Below are positions 51,727 through 61,760 of a stretch of 64,000 nucleotides of DNA, piece by piece. The stretch is taken from the NCBI GenBank assembly GCA_963764715.1, contig CAVXTP010000022.1:320001-384000 (forward strand). The letters are read 5' to 3'. Made by a program: the position numbers and the translations under genes. Source of the DNA: an uncultured Acidobacteriota bacterium (lineage in GTDB: Bacteria > Acidobacteriota > Thermoanaerobaculia > UBA5066 > Gp7-AA6). A model generated the notes under the pieces. The model searched no databases, was not told the origin of the DNA, and was given only the letters and a program-made list of their open reading frames with translations. Position 1 is the first letter of the stretch. Every line of letters starts with the position of its first letter.

Positions 51727-51751
51727 GGCCCGAGTCTATAGAATCGCCGGC
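51727..51751. promoter_or_regulatory. Candidate bidirectional leaderless promoter
   Basis: AGTCTATAGAAT: TAGACT on minus is 6 nt before the UDG GTG; TAGAAT on plus is 7 nt before the methyltransferase GTG. Confidence 0.6.
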
Positions 51752-52435
51752 GTGAGCGCCTCGCCGTCCACATTCGAACGCGCGAAGGCGCGCTACCGCG
51801 ACGCCGATGTGGCGGAAGGTTACGATTCGTGGCGGTACGACTCACCGCGCGGCCGCCGGCGCAACGCGCGCGACCTCGCCGCCATCGGGCGGGCACTCGA
51901 CGAGGCGGCCCGCCGGGGGGCGCCGGTGGGCGAGGCGCTCGACCTGCCGTGCGGCACCGGGCGGCTCGCCCCCCTCCTCGCCGAGCGGCGGATCGCGGCG
52001 TCCGGCGCCGACGTCGCGATCGAGATGCTCCGCGTCGCGCGGCGCAAGCTCGGCGCGGATTTTCCGGTCTTCCAGTGCAGCGCGGACGCCATTCCCCTCG
52101 CGGACCGCTCGCTCGACGCGGTCTTCGCGATCCGGTTCCTCTTTCACCTCGACGCCGAGGGCCGGCGGCGCGTTCTGACCGAGATGGCGCGGGTCTCGCG
52201 GCGGTGGGTCGTCGTGGACATCCGGCACCGGTACAACCTCCGGTGGCTCGGCTGGAACGTCCGGCGGGCCCTGGGCCTGCTTCCGGGGATGCAGCACCGG
52301 TTCTCGCGGCGCGGGCTCGCCGAGGAGATGTCGGCGGCGGGCCTCTCGGTCCGCGGGATCTATCCCTCCCGGCGTTACCTGGGCGGCTGGCTGTCGGACA
52401 AGTGGACCGTGCTCGCGGAGCGCGCGACCCCCTGA
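51752..52435 (+). CDS. Class I SAM-dependent methyltransferase
   Basis: LDLPCGTGR, GADVAIEML, IPLADRSLDAV, RFLFHL, EMARVSRR. Confidence 0.88.
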   Translation: MSASPSTFERAKARYRDADVAEGYDSWRYDSPRGRRRNARDLAAIGRALDEAARRGAPVGEALDLPCGTGRLAPLLAERRIAASGADVAIEMLRVARRKLGADFPVFQCSADAIPLADRSLDAVFAIRFLFHLDAEGRRRVLTEMARVSRRWVVVDIRHRYNLRWLGWNVRRALGLLPGMQHRFSRRGLAEEMSAAGLSVRGIYPSRRYLGGWLSDKWTVLAERATP

Positions 52436-53628
52436 GACCGGCGCGCGGCGACGAGGGCGTCGAGGATTTTCTCGGCGACCTCGCGCTTGCTCCGGCGTGA
52501 GACGGCCTCGCGCCCGCCCGGGGCCGTGAGGATCAGGACCTCGTTGTCGGCCGCGTCGAAGCCGATGCCCTCGCCGCCGACGTCGTTGACCACGACGAGA
52601 TCGGCGCCCTTCTCCTCCATCTTCCGCCGGCCCCGCGCCTCGAGGTCTTCGGTCTCGGCGGCGAAGGCCACGACCGTCTGCCCGCGCTTCAGGGGCCGGA
52701 GCGAGGCGAGCAGGTCGCGCCCCGGCGCGAGCGGGAGGCTCCGCGCGCCGTCCGCCCGATGGAGGCGCGCGGCGCTCGCCTCCGGGATGAAGTCGGCGAC
52801 GGCGGCGGCCATGACGAGCCCGTCGGACTCCGGGAACTCGCGGAGCAGGATCCCGGCGAGGTCGTCGGCGGTCTCGAAGCGCAGGAGCCGCACGCCCTCG
52901 GGGGGCGTCAGGTCCGTCGGCCCCGTGGCGAGGGTGACGCTCGCGCCGCGGTCGCGCGCGGCGGCCGCGATCGCGTGGCCCATCTTTCCGCTCGAGCGGT
53001 TGGAGACGAAGCGGATCGGGTCGATCGGCTCCCGTGTCGGGCCGGCCGTGACGAGCAGGCGCAGCCCCGCGAGGTCCCGGTGCGCTCCGGTCGCGAGCGT
53101 CCAGGCCGCCTCGACGATGGCGTCGGGCTCGCTCATGCGGCCCGGGCCGGACTTTCCGGAGGCGAGCGGCCCGGCTTCCGGCCCGACCGTGCGCACGCCG
53201 CGGGCGGCGAGCGTCTGCACGTTCGCCCGGACGGACGGGTGGGCCCACATCGCCGACTCCATGGCCGGGGCGACGAGGACCGGGCCCCGATAGGCCAGGA
53301 AGAAGGTCGACAGGAAGTCGTCGGCGAGGCCCTGCGCGAATTTCGCCAGCGTGTGCGCGGTGGCGGGCGCGACGACCAGGAGCTCGCAAGCTCCTGCGAG
53401 CTCGACGTGATCGACCGCCGGCGTGTTTCCGCTCCCCCAGACCTCCGTCAGGACCTCGTGCCGGGAGAGGGTCGAGAATGTCAGCGGCGCCACGAACTCG
53501 CGGGCGCCCCGCGTCATCGCGACGCGAACGTCGGCGCCGCGGGCGGTCAGTCCCCGGAGGACCTCGACGGCCTTGTAGGCGGCGATTCCCCCGCTGACAC
53601 CGAGAAGGACGCGCGGGGGCGTGCTCAT
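52375..53628 (-). CDS. coaBC: Phosphopantothenoylcysteine decarboxylase/synthetase
   Basis: GVSGGIAAYKA, APATA, APAM, TAGPTREPIDPIRFVSNRSSGKMG, AAVADF, FAAET. Confidence 0.96.
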   Translation of the reverse strand: MSTPPRVLLGVSGGIAAYKAVEVLRGLTARGADVRVAMTRGAREFVAPLTFSTLSRHEVLTEVWGSGNTPAVDHVELAGACELLVVAPATAHTLAKFAQGLADDFLSTFFLAYRGPVLVAPAMESAMWAHPSVRANVQTLAARGVRTVGPEAGPLASGKSGPGRMSEPDAIVEAAWTLATGAHRDLAGLRLLVTAGPTREPIDPIRFVSNRSSGKMGHAIAAAARDRGASVTLATGPTDLTPPEGVRLLRFETADDLAGILLREFPESDGLVMAAAVADFIPEASAARLHRADGARSLPLAPGRDLLASLRPLKRGQTVVAFAAETEDLEARGRRKMEEKGADLVVVNDVGGEGIGFDAADNEVLILTAPGGREAVSRRSKREVAEKILDALVAARRSQGVARSASTVHLSDSQPPR

Positions 53629-53650
53629 GGAAACCCGGAACGGGAGGAGG

Positions 53651-53908
53651 CTAGCGGGCCGCCTCTTCCTCGACGAGATCGCTCTCGGCCGACTCCTCGC
53701 CCGGCTCCTCGAGAACGCCGCCCTCCTGCCCGAGCCCCCAGCGGATCTCGTTCGCCTCGAACTCAACGGCCGCGAGCCGCGTCGGCTTGAGCGGCCGGTC
53801 GGTCTCGAGCTTCGGGCGCGCGCCCCGCATGAGCTGCTCGGCGCGGCGCGCGATCAGGAGGACGAGGCGAAACTTGCTGTCCACACCGGAGGGCATGTTC
53901 TGGATCAT
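53651..53908 (-). CDS. rpoZ: RNA polymerase omega subunit
   Basis: DSKFRLVLLIARRAEQL, KPTRLAAVE; located between gmk and coaBC. Confidence 0.92.
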   Translation of the reverse strand: MIQNMPSGVDSKFRLVLLIARRAEQLMRGARPKLETDRPLKPTRLAAVEFEANEIRWGLGQEGGVLEEPGEESAESDLVEEEAAR

Positions 53909-53925
53909 GGTCTTCTGAACCCCTT

Positions 53926-54549
53926 TTATCGGAAGTCTTTGCGGAGTCGCTCGAGGACCCGCGCCTGCCGCGCCGGCGTCAACCTCGCGGCGCGGACCAC
54001 GGATTCTAGCTCAAGACCGGCCCGATCGAGGTCATCATTCACGATAACGTATTGAAAATCCTCGGCTTGCGCGATCTCCTTGGCGGCGTTGATGAGCCGT
54101 TTTCGGATCGCGTCCTCCCCGTCCAGGCCGCGTTTGCGGAGCCGGCGCTCGAGCTCCTCGCCCGAGCTCGGGACGATGAAAATCGAGACGGCCTCGGGAT
54201 ACGCCTTCCGGATGTCCCGCGCACCCTGGACGTCGATGTCGAGGATGACGTCCTCCCCGGCCGCCAGCCGCGGCAGCACTTCCGACTTCGCGGTCCCGTA
54301 GAAGTTCCCGTGCACCTCGTTGTGCTCGAGAAACTCCCCGGCGCGGGCCATCTTTTCGAACTCCGCGGCCGACACGAAGTGGTACTCGCGGCCGTCGCCC
54401 TCCCCGTCCCGCCGGGGCCGGGTCGTGTGGGAGATGGAGAACCGCAGGGGCTCGCCGGGAGGCTTCGCCAGGAGACGCCGGATGAGCGTCGTCTTGCCTC
54501 CCCCGGACGGAGACGAAACGATGAAGAGATAGCCGCGCGGCGCCGTCAT
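53926..54549 (-). CDS. gmk: Guanylate kinase
   Basis: SSPSGGGKTT, SHTTRPRR, GREYHFV, NFYGT, LDIDVQGA. Confidence 0.96.
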   Translation of the reverse strand: MTAPRGYLFIVSSPSGGGKTTLIRRLLAKPPGEPLRFSISHTTRPRRDGEGDGREYHFVSAAEFEKMARAGEFLEHNEVHGNFYGTAKSEVLPRLAAGEDVILDIDVQGARDIRKAYPEAVSIFIVPSSGEELERRLRKRGLDGEDAIRKRLINAAKEIAQAEDFQYVIVNDDLDRAGLELESVVRAARLTPARQARVLERLRKDFR

Positions 54550-55436
54550 TCGACGTTCTGGATCTGCTCGCGGATCTTCTCGACCTCGGCCTTCATGTCG
54601 AGGATCTCGCGGGTCGACGCCAGGTCCCGGCTCTTGGAGCCGAGCGTGTTGAGCTCGCGCAGGATCTCCTGCGTCAGGAAGTCGAGCGTCTTGCCGACGG
54701 CGTCGGAGGACTTCGCGAGGAGGCCGTCGAACTGGTCGAGGTGGCCGTTCAGCCGCTGCAGCTCCTCGGCGACGTCCGCGCGGTCCGCGGCGAGGGCGGC
54801 CTCCTGCTCGAGGCGCCCCGGGTCGATGGGCGTGTCGGGAAAGAGCGTCTTCACCCGCTCCCGGATGTTCGCCGCCAGGTTCCGGGCGATCTCCTCGCGC
54901 CGGCCTCCGAGCACGGCCGCGCGGGCCCGCAGCAGGGCCACCCGGGGCGAGAGGTCGGCGGCGATCGCGGCACCCTCCGCCTCGCGCATCTCGACGAGGG
55001 CCCGCGCCGCGCTCCGGGCGAGGCCTTCGACCGCGGCGATCTCCTCGGGGGCGAAGGTGTCCTCGCCCGCCTCGACCGCCACGATGCCCGGCACCGCGAG
55101 CAGGTCCCGGGCCGCCAGGCGTCCCTCGATCGGGTACTTCCGCGCCAGCTCGGAGACGCGCGACAGGAGCCCCTCGAGGAGCTTCTCGTCGACCCGGATC
55201 TCGGAGCCCGACGGGGAGCTGCGCCGCAGCCGCACGGCCACGTCGACTTTTCCCCGGTGGAGCTCGCGCCCGAAGACCTTCCGCACCGCCGGCTCCAGGG
55301 CGGCTTCGGCCTCGCGGGTCTTGACCGTGAGGTCGAGGAACCGGCCGTTGACGCTGCGGGCCACGACCTCGGCGGTCCAGTCCTGGCCGACCGGCCCGCG
55401 GGCCCGGCCGAAGCCCGTCATGCTTCGGAGAGTCAT
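54546..55436 (-). CDS. YicC/YloC family endoribonuclease
   Basis: SMTGFGR, RSVNGRFLD, DVAEELQRL, GKTLDFLTQE, EKIREQIQNVE. Confidence 0.94.
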   Translation of the reverse strand: MTLRSMTGFGRARGPVGQDWTAEVVARSVNGRFLDLTVKTREAEAALEPAVRKVFGRELHRGKVDVAVRLRRSSPSGSEIRVDEKLLEGLLSRVSELARKYPIEGRLAARDLLAVPGIVAVEAGEDTFAPEEIAAVEGLARSAARALVEMREAEGAAIAADLSPRVALLRARAAVLGGRREEIARNLAANIRERVKTLFPDTPIDPGRLEQEAALAADRADVAEELQRLNGHLDQFDGLLAKSSDAVGKTLDFLTQEILRELNTLGSKSRDLASTREILDMKAEVEKIREQIQNVE

Positions 55437-57307
55437 GGGCCGGCCGGCGCGGGCACGGCCGGCTCGCTCTCTCCGAAGTACTGCATGTCGTGGAGCCTGC
55501 GATAGAGGCCGCGCCGAGTCAAGAGCGCCGCGTGGCTGCCCTCCTCGACGATGCGGCCTCCGTCGAGCACGAGGATCCGGTCGGCCCGCCGGACGGTCGA
55601 GAGCCGGTGGGCGATGACGAGCGTCGTGCGCCCCTGCATCAGGTTGGCGAGGGCCCGCGCGACGAGGGCTTCGGACTCGGTGTCGAGCTGCGAGGTGGCC
55701 TCGTCGAGGATCAGGATCGGCGCGTCCTTGTAGATCGCGCGGGCGATCGCGAGGCGCTGGCGCTGGCCCCCGGAGAGGCGCTCGGCGCCCTCGCCGACCG
55801 CGGTGTCGTAGCCCTGGGGAAGCCGCTCGATGAACTCGTCGGCGCAGGCGGCGCGCGCGGCGGCCCGCACCTTCTCCTCCGGCGGATCCGTCGCGCCGTA
55901 AGCGATGTTCGCCCGGACCGACGTGTCGAAGAGGATCGTGTCCTGCGTGACGAGGCCGACCTGCCGCCGCAGCGAGGCGAGGGTCGCGTCGCGCAGGTCG
56001 ATTCCGTCGAACGTCACGCGGCCGCCGAGCGGATCGTAGAGCCGCGGCAGCAGGTTGACGAGGGTCGTCTTCCCCGCCCCGGACGGGCCGACGAGCGCGA
56101 CGGTCTCGCCGCGGCGGATGACGAGGTCGACGCCCTCGAGCACCGGCTCGGCCCCGTAGGCGAAGGTCAACTTCTCGTAGGCGATCGCCTTCGCGAACGG
56201 CGCGAGCTCGCGGGCGCCGGGCCGCTCGAGGATCTCGTTCTCGGCGTCGACGACCTCGAAGATCCGGTCGGCCGAGGCGAGCGCGACCTGGAGCACGATG
56301 TTCGTGCGGGTGACGTCCTTGAGCGGCTTGTACATCATCAGGATCGCCGCCAGGAACGAGAGGAGCCCGCCGACGGTCATGACGCCCGAGCGGATCTGCC
56401 CGGCCGCGTAGATGAAGATGACCGAAAGGCCGATGCCGGCGAGGATCTCCATCAGGGGCGAGTTGAGGGCCTGGAGCCGGATCGACTGGCGGCTCGCGGC
56501 GAAGTAGCGGCGGTTGGCCTCGCCGAAGCGCTCGGCCTCGAAGTCTTCCATCGCATACGTCTTGATGAGGCGGTGGCCCCGGAGCGTCTCCCCGAGCAGC
56601 GACCCCATCTCCCCGATCCGCTCGCGCGCCGAGAACCCGGTCCGCCGGAGCCGGCGGAAGTTGGCGACGATCGGGACGACGAGCAGCGGCGCGACGACGA
56701 GGACCGCCACCGCCAGCCGGAAATTGAGCGAGAACACGTACAGCAGGACGAGCAGCATCGTGAGGATGCCCTGGACGAAGTCGGCCATGCGGGCGCCGAA
56801 GGCGGTCTGGATCTGCTCGGCGTCCGAGAGGAGCCGCGTCATCAGGTCGCCCGAGGAGCGCTCCGAGGAAAAGCGGGTCGACTGCCCGAGGAGCGAGCGG
56901 TAGGCGTCCCCGCGCAGGTCGCGCACCATCGCGAGGCCGATCGAGTTGAGGGCGAACTCCGAGAAGTAGGCGAACACGTTCTTCACGAGGAGGGCCGCGA
57001 GGAGGAGGAGCGGGACGGCGAAGCGCGGATCGAGGCCGGCCGAGCGCGCCACGGCGACGCCGGCCGCGTACGCTCCCTCGAGCCAGCGCAGGAGCGGCGC
57101 GGTGCGGGCCGAGGACCCGGCCGCGGCGACCCCGGGCAGGGCGTCGGAGGCTCCCGCGCCGAGCACGTCGTCGATCACCTTCTTCAGCAGGAAGAGCAGC
57201 GCGACGGTCGCCGCCGACACGACGACCATGGCGAGGAGCGCGAGGCCCGCCCGGGCCCGGTAGCGGCCGAAGTACGCGAGCAGGCGCGGCAGCGTCTTCA
57301 TCTTCAT
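55433..57307 (-). CDS. msbA: MsbA-like ABC exporter (lipid A flippase)
   Basis: TMD plus GPSGAGKTT, LSGGQRQR, LDEATSQLD, IAHRLST; directly after lpxB. Confidence 0.82.
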   Translation of the reverse strand: MKMKTLPRLLAYFGRYRARAGLALLAMVVVSAATVALLFLLKKVIDDVLGAGASDALPGVAAAGSSARTAPLLRWLEGAYAAGVAVARSAGLDPRFAVPLLLLAALLVKNVFAYFSEFALNSIGLAMVRDLRGDAYRSLLGQSTRFSSERSSGDLMTRLLSDAEQIQTAFGARMADFVQGILTMLLVLLYVFSLNFRLAVAVLVVAPLLVVPIVANFRRLRRTGFSARERIGEMGSLLGETLRGHRLIKTYAMEDFEAERFGEANRRYFAASRQSIRLQALNSPLMEILAGIGLSVIFIYAAGQIRSGVMTVGGLLSFLAAILMMYKPLKDVTRTNIVLQVALASADRIFEVVDAENEILERPGARELAPFAKAIAYEKLTFAYGAEPVLEGVDLVIRRGETVALVGPSGAGKTTLVNLLPRLYDPLGGRVTFDGIDLRDATLASLRRQVGLVTQDTILFDTSVRANIAYGATDPPEEKVRAAARAACADEFIERLPQGYDTAVGEGAERLSGGQRQRLAIARAIYKDAPILILDEATSQLDTESEALVARALANLMQGRTTLVIAHRLSTVRRADRILVLDGGRIVEEGSHAALLTRRGLYRRLHDMQYFGESEPAVPAPAGP

Positions 57308-58449
57308 CGGGCGAGCGGGAACGCGTCGGTCGTCATTCCGGCGGAGCGCCCGACCGCCGAAAGCACGAGGTCGGCCGCGCGGGAGCTCGCGCCGGGCGGC
57401 CCGAGGGCCTCCGCGACCCGGGCCAGGCCGGCCTTCATCTTTTCGCGGCGGACCGGCGAGGAGAGGATCGCCTCCCCTTCCCGCTCGAGGGCCTCGGGCG
57501 TCAGCCGGTCCTGGAGCAGCTCGGGAACGATCTCCTCGCCCGCCACGATGTTGACGAGCGAGATCCAGCGCAGGCGGACGAGGGCGCGTGCGATCGCGTG
57601 GGAGAACCCGGAGGTGCGATAGACGACGATCATCGGCGCGCCGCAGAGGGCCGCCTCGAGGGTCGCCGTCCCGGAGGCGACGAACGCCAGGTCCGCCGAG
57701 GCGAGGAGCGGATGGAGACCTCCCGCGACGACGCGGATGCCCCGCTCGGCGGCGCCCTCGAACAGCGCGTCGGGAAGGCCCGGCGCCCGCACGGCGACGA
57801 GCTCGAGGTCCAGCCGCCGCGCCAGCCGCGCCGCGGCCTCGGCCATGTCCTTCCAGTGGCGCTCGAGCTCCGCGTGGCGGCTGCCCGGCAGGAGCACCAG
57901 GCGGCGGCGCGTCTTTGGCGGGAGCCGCGGGCCGGCGGCGAGGCCCTCCCGGACGTCTTCGACGAGCGGATGCCCGGCCCAGACCGCGTCGGCGCCGAGG
58001 CGCCGGTAGATCTCGGTCTCGAACGGGAAGAGCGTCACGATGCGGCGGGCGCGCCGGGCGATCGCTCGCGCCCGCCAGGGCCGCCAGGCCCAGACCTGGG
58101 GCGGGACGTAGTAGACGATCGGCACCCGGTCGCGGACGAGGCGCCGCGCGAGGAGGCCGTGGAAGTCGGGAAAGTCGATCAGCACGGCCGCGTCCGGGCG
58201 GCGCCGGCGCGCCTCGGCGTCGAGGTGACGCAGCGCGCCGCGCAGGGCCGGGAGCTTCTCGACGACCTCGGAGATGCCGACGACCGACAGGGCGTCGGAG
58301 GCGACGACCCGCTCGAGCCCGGCGGCGGCGAGGCGCTCTCCCCCCATTCCGAAGGCGGTCAGGTCCGGGCGCGCCGTCCGCAGCGCCGCGAGCAGCCGCG
58401 CGCCGTGGAGGTCGCCGGACGCCTCGCCGGCGGAGATGAGGAGGTTCAC
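57304..58449 (-). CDS. lpxB: Lipid-A-disaccharide synthase
   Basis: AGEASGDLHG, IDFPDF, PQVWAWR, GHPL, LPGSR, SGTATLE. Confidence 0.96.
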   Translation of the reverse strand: MNLLISAGEASGDLHGARLLAALRTARPDLTAFGMGGERLAAAGLERVVASDALSVVGISEVVEKLPALRGALRHLDAEARRRRPDAAVLIDFPDFHGLLARRLVRDRVPIVYYVPPQVWAWRPWRARAIARRARRIVTLFPFETEIYRRLGADAVWAGHPLVEDVREGLAAGPRLPPKTRRRLVLLPGSRHAELERHWKDMAEAAARLARRLDLELVAVRAPGLPDALFEGAAERGIRVVAGGLHPLLASADLAFVASGTATLEAALCGAPMIVVYRTSGFSHAIARALVRLRWISLVNIVAGEEIVPELLQDRLTPEALEREGEAILSSPVRREKMKAGLARVAEALGPPGASSRAADLVLSAVGRSAGMTTDAFPLAR

Positions 58450-58533
58450 GGCTTCAATACTCGGCAGTCGGCCGTCCCCAGTCAACAGAGGATGCCGGTC
58501 TTTCGCGGGACGGCCCGGAGCTTTCGGCGCCCT

Positions 58534-58725
58534 CTACCTCGGAAACGGATACATCAGCCACGCCACGGCGAGCCCGCCGAGGACGAGGGAGCCGAGGAGC
58601 GTGCCGAAGAGCTTCCAGCGCTCGCGCCGGTCTTCGCGCCAGAGGAGGGCGAAGAACGCCGAGACGAGCAGCGCGTAGAAGCACATGATGAGGAAGTGGT
58701 CGACCGGAAGCAGGGCGGCCATCAT
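58534..58725 (-). CDS. Small two-TM hypothetical protein
   Basis: DHFLIMCFYALLVSAFFALLW...WLMYPFPR; start overlaps the upstream stop. Confidence 0.7.
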   Translation of the reverse strand: MMAALLPVDHFLIMCFYALLVSAFFALLWREDRRERWKLFGTLLGSLVLGGLAVAWLMYPFPR

Positions 58726-59117
58726 CGCTTCCTCCCCGACGCGATGTCCCACGCGTCCAGGACGAGGAGCAGGTTCATCAGCCCGCTCGTCAGCAGGTAG
58801 GCGCAGCCGTACTCGTAGGTCGTCGCGAGGATCGCCCCGCCGGGGTTGTCGGAGAAGAGCCGGGCGGCGATGTTCAGCAGGCCCGCGCCGTAGACCGCGA
58901 AGGTCGCGAGGATCGTCAGGGGCTGTCCCGCCTCGACCGAGTACAGCCTTCCCTGGAACGAGAGGCCGGCCACGAACGCGAGCGTGACGATCAGGGCGAA
59001 GGCCGCCGCGGTCCGGCGCCGCCCGAGGTAGAAATGGCCGAGGCCCGGAACGAGCCACGCGAGGGCCATCGCGAGGTACGGCGAGCGCTCGCGCGCGGGG
59101 GCGGCGGACTCGGTCAT
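58722..59117 (-). CDS. Membrane protein (DUF6677-like)
   Basis: LAWLVPGLGHFYLGR, YEYG, SGLMNLLLVLDAWDIA. Confidence 0.75.
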   Translation of the reverse strand: MTESAAPARERSPYLAMALAWLVPGLGHFYLGRRRTAAAFALIVTLAFVAGLSFQGRLYSVEAGQPLTILATFAVYGAGLLNIAARLFSDNPGGAILATTYEYGCAYLLTSGLMNLLLVLDAWDIASGRKR

Positions 59118-59605
59118 CGCGCGGCCTCCGCGAAGAGGGGCGCCAGCCGCGCGCGCGTCGCGCCGAGCTCCTCCGGGACGACCCGCACTCCGGCCGCGAC
59201 CGTCATGAAGTTCGTGTCGCCGGACCAGCGCGGCACGATGTGCACGTGGTAGTGGCCCGCCACGCCCGCGCCGGCCGCGGACCCGAAGTTGACGCCGACG
59301 TTGAGGCCGTCGGTCCGGTAGTGCTCCACCAGGATCTTCTGCGCCCGGGCCACCGTCGCGATCAGGTCCGAGAGGGTCTCGGCGCTCGAGTCCGAGAACC
59401 ACGCCTCGTGGGCGTAGGGAGCCACCATGACGTGGCCGTTGGTGTAGGGGTAGCGGTTGAGCATCACGAACACTCGGCTCCCGCGGGCGACCACCAGCGA
59501 CGACGCGTCGTCGGGGGCGGCCGCCGCCTGGCAGAAAATGCACTTCGGGTCTTTGTCCGACACGAGGTACTCGTAACGCCAGGGGGCGAACAGAACTTCC
59601 GGCAT
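59114..59605 (-). CDS. HIT family hydrolase/phosphorylase
   Basis: LFAPWR, CIFC, LNRYPYTNGH, HYHVHIVPRWSGDTNFM. Confidence 0.93.
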   Translation of the reverse strand: MPEVLFAPWRYEYLVSDKDPKCIFCQAAAAPDDASSLVVARGSRVFVMLNRYPYTNGHVMVAPYAHEAWFSDSSAETLSDLIATVARAQKILVEHYRTDGLNVGVNFGSAAGAGVAGHYHVHIVPRWSGDTNFMTVAAGVRVVPEELGATRARLAPLFAEAAR

Positions 59606-59880
59606 TACCGGTTGATCAGTTCCTTCAGCTCCTTGCCCGGCTTGAAGTACGGGATCTTCTTCGCGGGGACCGAGACCTTCACGCCGGTCTTCGGGTTGCG
59701 CCCCATCCGGGCGCCGCGCTCCCGCAGGCGAAACGAGCCGAAGCCGCGCAATTCGATCTTCTGGCCTTCCTTGAGGGAGCGGACGATCGCCTCGAACACG
59801 GTGTCGACGATCGCCTCGGCCTGCTTCTTCGTGACGTCCGTCGCCACCGCCACGCGCTCGATCAGTTCGGCCTTCGTCAT
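59605..59880 (-). CDS. HU/IHF family nucleoid protein (IHF beta-like)
   Basis: MTKAELI, IELRGFGSF, GRNPKTG, PYFKPGKELKE. Confidence 0.94.
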   Translation of the reverse strand: MTKAELIERVAVATDVTKKQAEAIVDTVFEAIVRSLKEGQKIELRGFGSFRLRERGARMGRNPKTGVKVSVPAKKIPYFKPGKELKELINR

Positions 59881-59923
59881 CGATCTCCTCGCGGCCCGGC
59901 GGGCACCGTCGCCCGCCGTCCGG

Positions 59924-61667
59924 TTACTCCTGCGCGGCCTCGTCCGCCTTCTTGCGGGTCCGCTTCTTCTTCGGCGCCGGCTCGGCCGCCGCTTCGGGGG
60001 CCGGCTCGGCCGCCGGGGCGGCGGGCTCCGGAACCGCGGCGCTCTCCGCTTCGGCGGGCGCGGCCGTCGCCGCCGAACCGACGCCGACGCCCGAGAGGCC
60101 GACCTTCATGTCGGCGTCCTCGATCCGCAGGATGCGTGCGCGGACCGTGTCGCCTTCCTTGTAGTGGTCCTGGAGCTTGTCGCCGCGCGGCGATCGGCGT
60201 CTCGGAGACGTGCATCAGGCCCTCGACGAGCCCCTCGATCTGCACGAAGACGCCGAAGTCGGCGACCCGGGTCACGACTCCCTCGACCTCGTCGCCGGGC
60301 TGGTGCTTCTCCTTGAAGGTCTGCCAGTCGTTGGGCTGGAATTCCTTGATCGAGAGCGAGATCCGCCGGTTGTCCTGGTCGATCGACGTGATGATCGCCT
60401 CGACGTCGTCGCCCTTCTTGAGGACCTCGGACGGGTGCTTGACGCGGCGCGTCCAGGACATGTCGGAGACGTGGACGAGCCCGTCGATGCCCTCCTCGAG
60501 CTCGACGAACGCGCCGAAGTCGGTGAGGTTGCGGACCTTGCCCGCGACACGGCTGCCGACGGCGTACTTCGACGCCACGCTCTCCCACGGATCCGGGAGC
60601 GTGTCCTTGAGCGAGAGCGAGATGCGGCGCGCCTCGGGATTGACGTCGGACACGACGGCCTCGACGGTGTCCCCGGGCGAGACGACCTTGGACGGGTTCT
60701 TGATCTTCTTCGACCAGGACATCTCCGAGACGTGCACGAGCCCCTCGACGCCGTCCTCGAGCTCGACGAACGCGCCGTAGTCGGTGACGTTGGTGACGCG
60801 GCCGGTGACGCGGGAGCCCGCCGGGTACTTCTCCGGCACGTGGGCCCACGGGTCCTCGGTCAGCTGCTTGGTGCCGAGCGAGACGCGCTCGGTCTCGCGG
60901 TCGAACTTGAGGACGACGACGTCGATCTCGTCGGCGACCTTGACCAGGTCGGACGGATGATTGACGCGGCCCCAGGACATGTCGGTCACGTGGAGCAGGC
61001 CGTCGAGGCCGCCGAGGTCGACGAACGCGCCGTAGTCGGTGAGGTTCTTGACCGTGCCCCGCAGGACGCGGCCCTCCTCGAGGAGCTGGAGGGTCTCCTT
61101 CTTGCGGGCCTCCTGCTCGACCTCGACGACGGCCTTGCGCGAGAGCACGATGTTGCCCCGCTTCTTGTCGACCGAGATGACCTTGAAGTCGAGGTCCTTG
61201 CCGCGCAGGGCCTCGAGGTTCTTGACCGGCTTGACGTCGACCAGGGAGCCCGGGAGGAACGCCTTGACGCCGATGTCGACGGCGAGGCCGCCCTTGATCC
61301 GGTCGATGACGCGGCCGCGGACCGTCGTGCCGGAGCGGTACGACTTCTCGACCTCGTCCCAGACCTTCATCTTCTCGGCCTTGTCCTTCGAAAGGACGAC
61401 GTAGCCGTTCTGGTCTTCGGTGCGCTCGAGGAGGACGTCGACGGGGTCGCCCTGCTTGATCGTGACCTGTCCCGAGAAGTCGGTGAACTCGGACAGCGGA
61501 ATGATGCCCTCCGACTTGTAGCCGATGTCGACGATCACTTCCGAGGGCGTGATCGAGAGAACGCGGCCGCGGATGATCTGTCCCTCCTGCAAGTTCTTGA
61601 AGGAGTTCTCGTATTGGGCCAGAAGGTGTTCGTACTCCTGGGCCGTCAGTTCCTGCTCTGTTTCCAT
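59924..61667 (-). CDS. rpsA: 30S ribosomal protein S1, with a 1-nt frameshift near 60192
   Basis: Six S1 repeats; the sixth continues (PRGDKLQDHYKEGDTVRARILRIED) in the frame of ORF 59924..60109. Confidence 0.95.
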
Positions 61668-61760
61668 CGGCTCGGCTTCCCGACCTCCTGTCGCTTTACG
61701 CTTTTCTCCCGGCATTGGAAAAGGGATCCCCTCTCTTAAGTCGCTGATTTGCAAAGCAAT

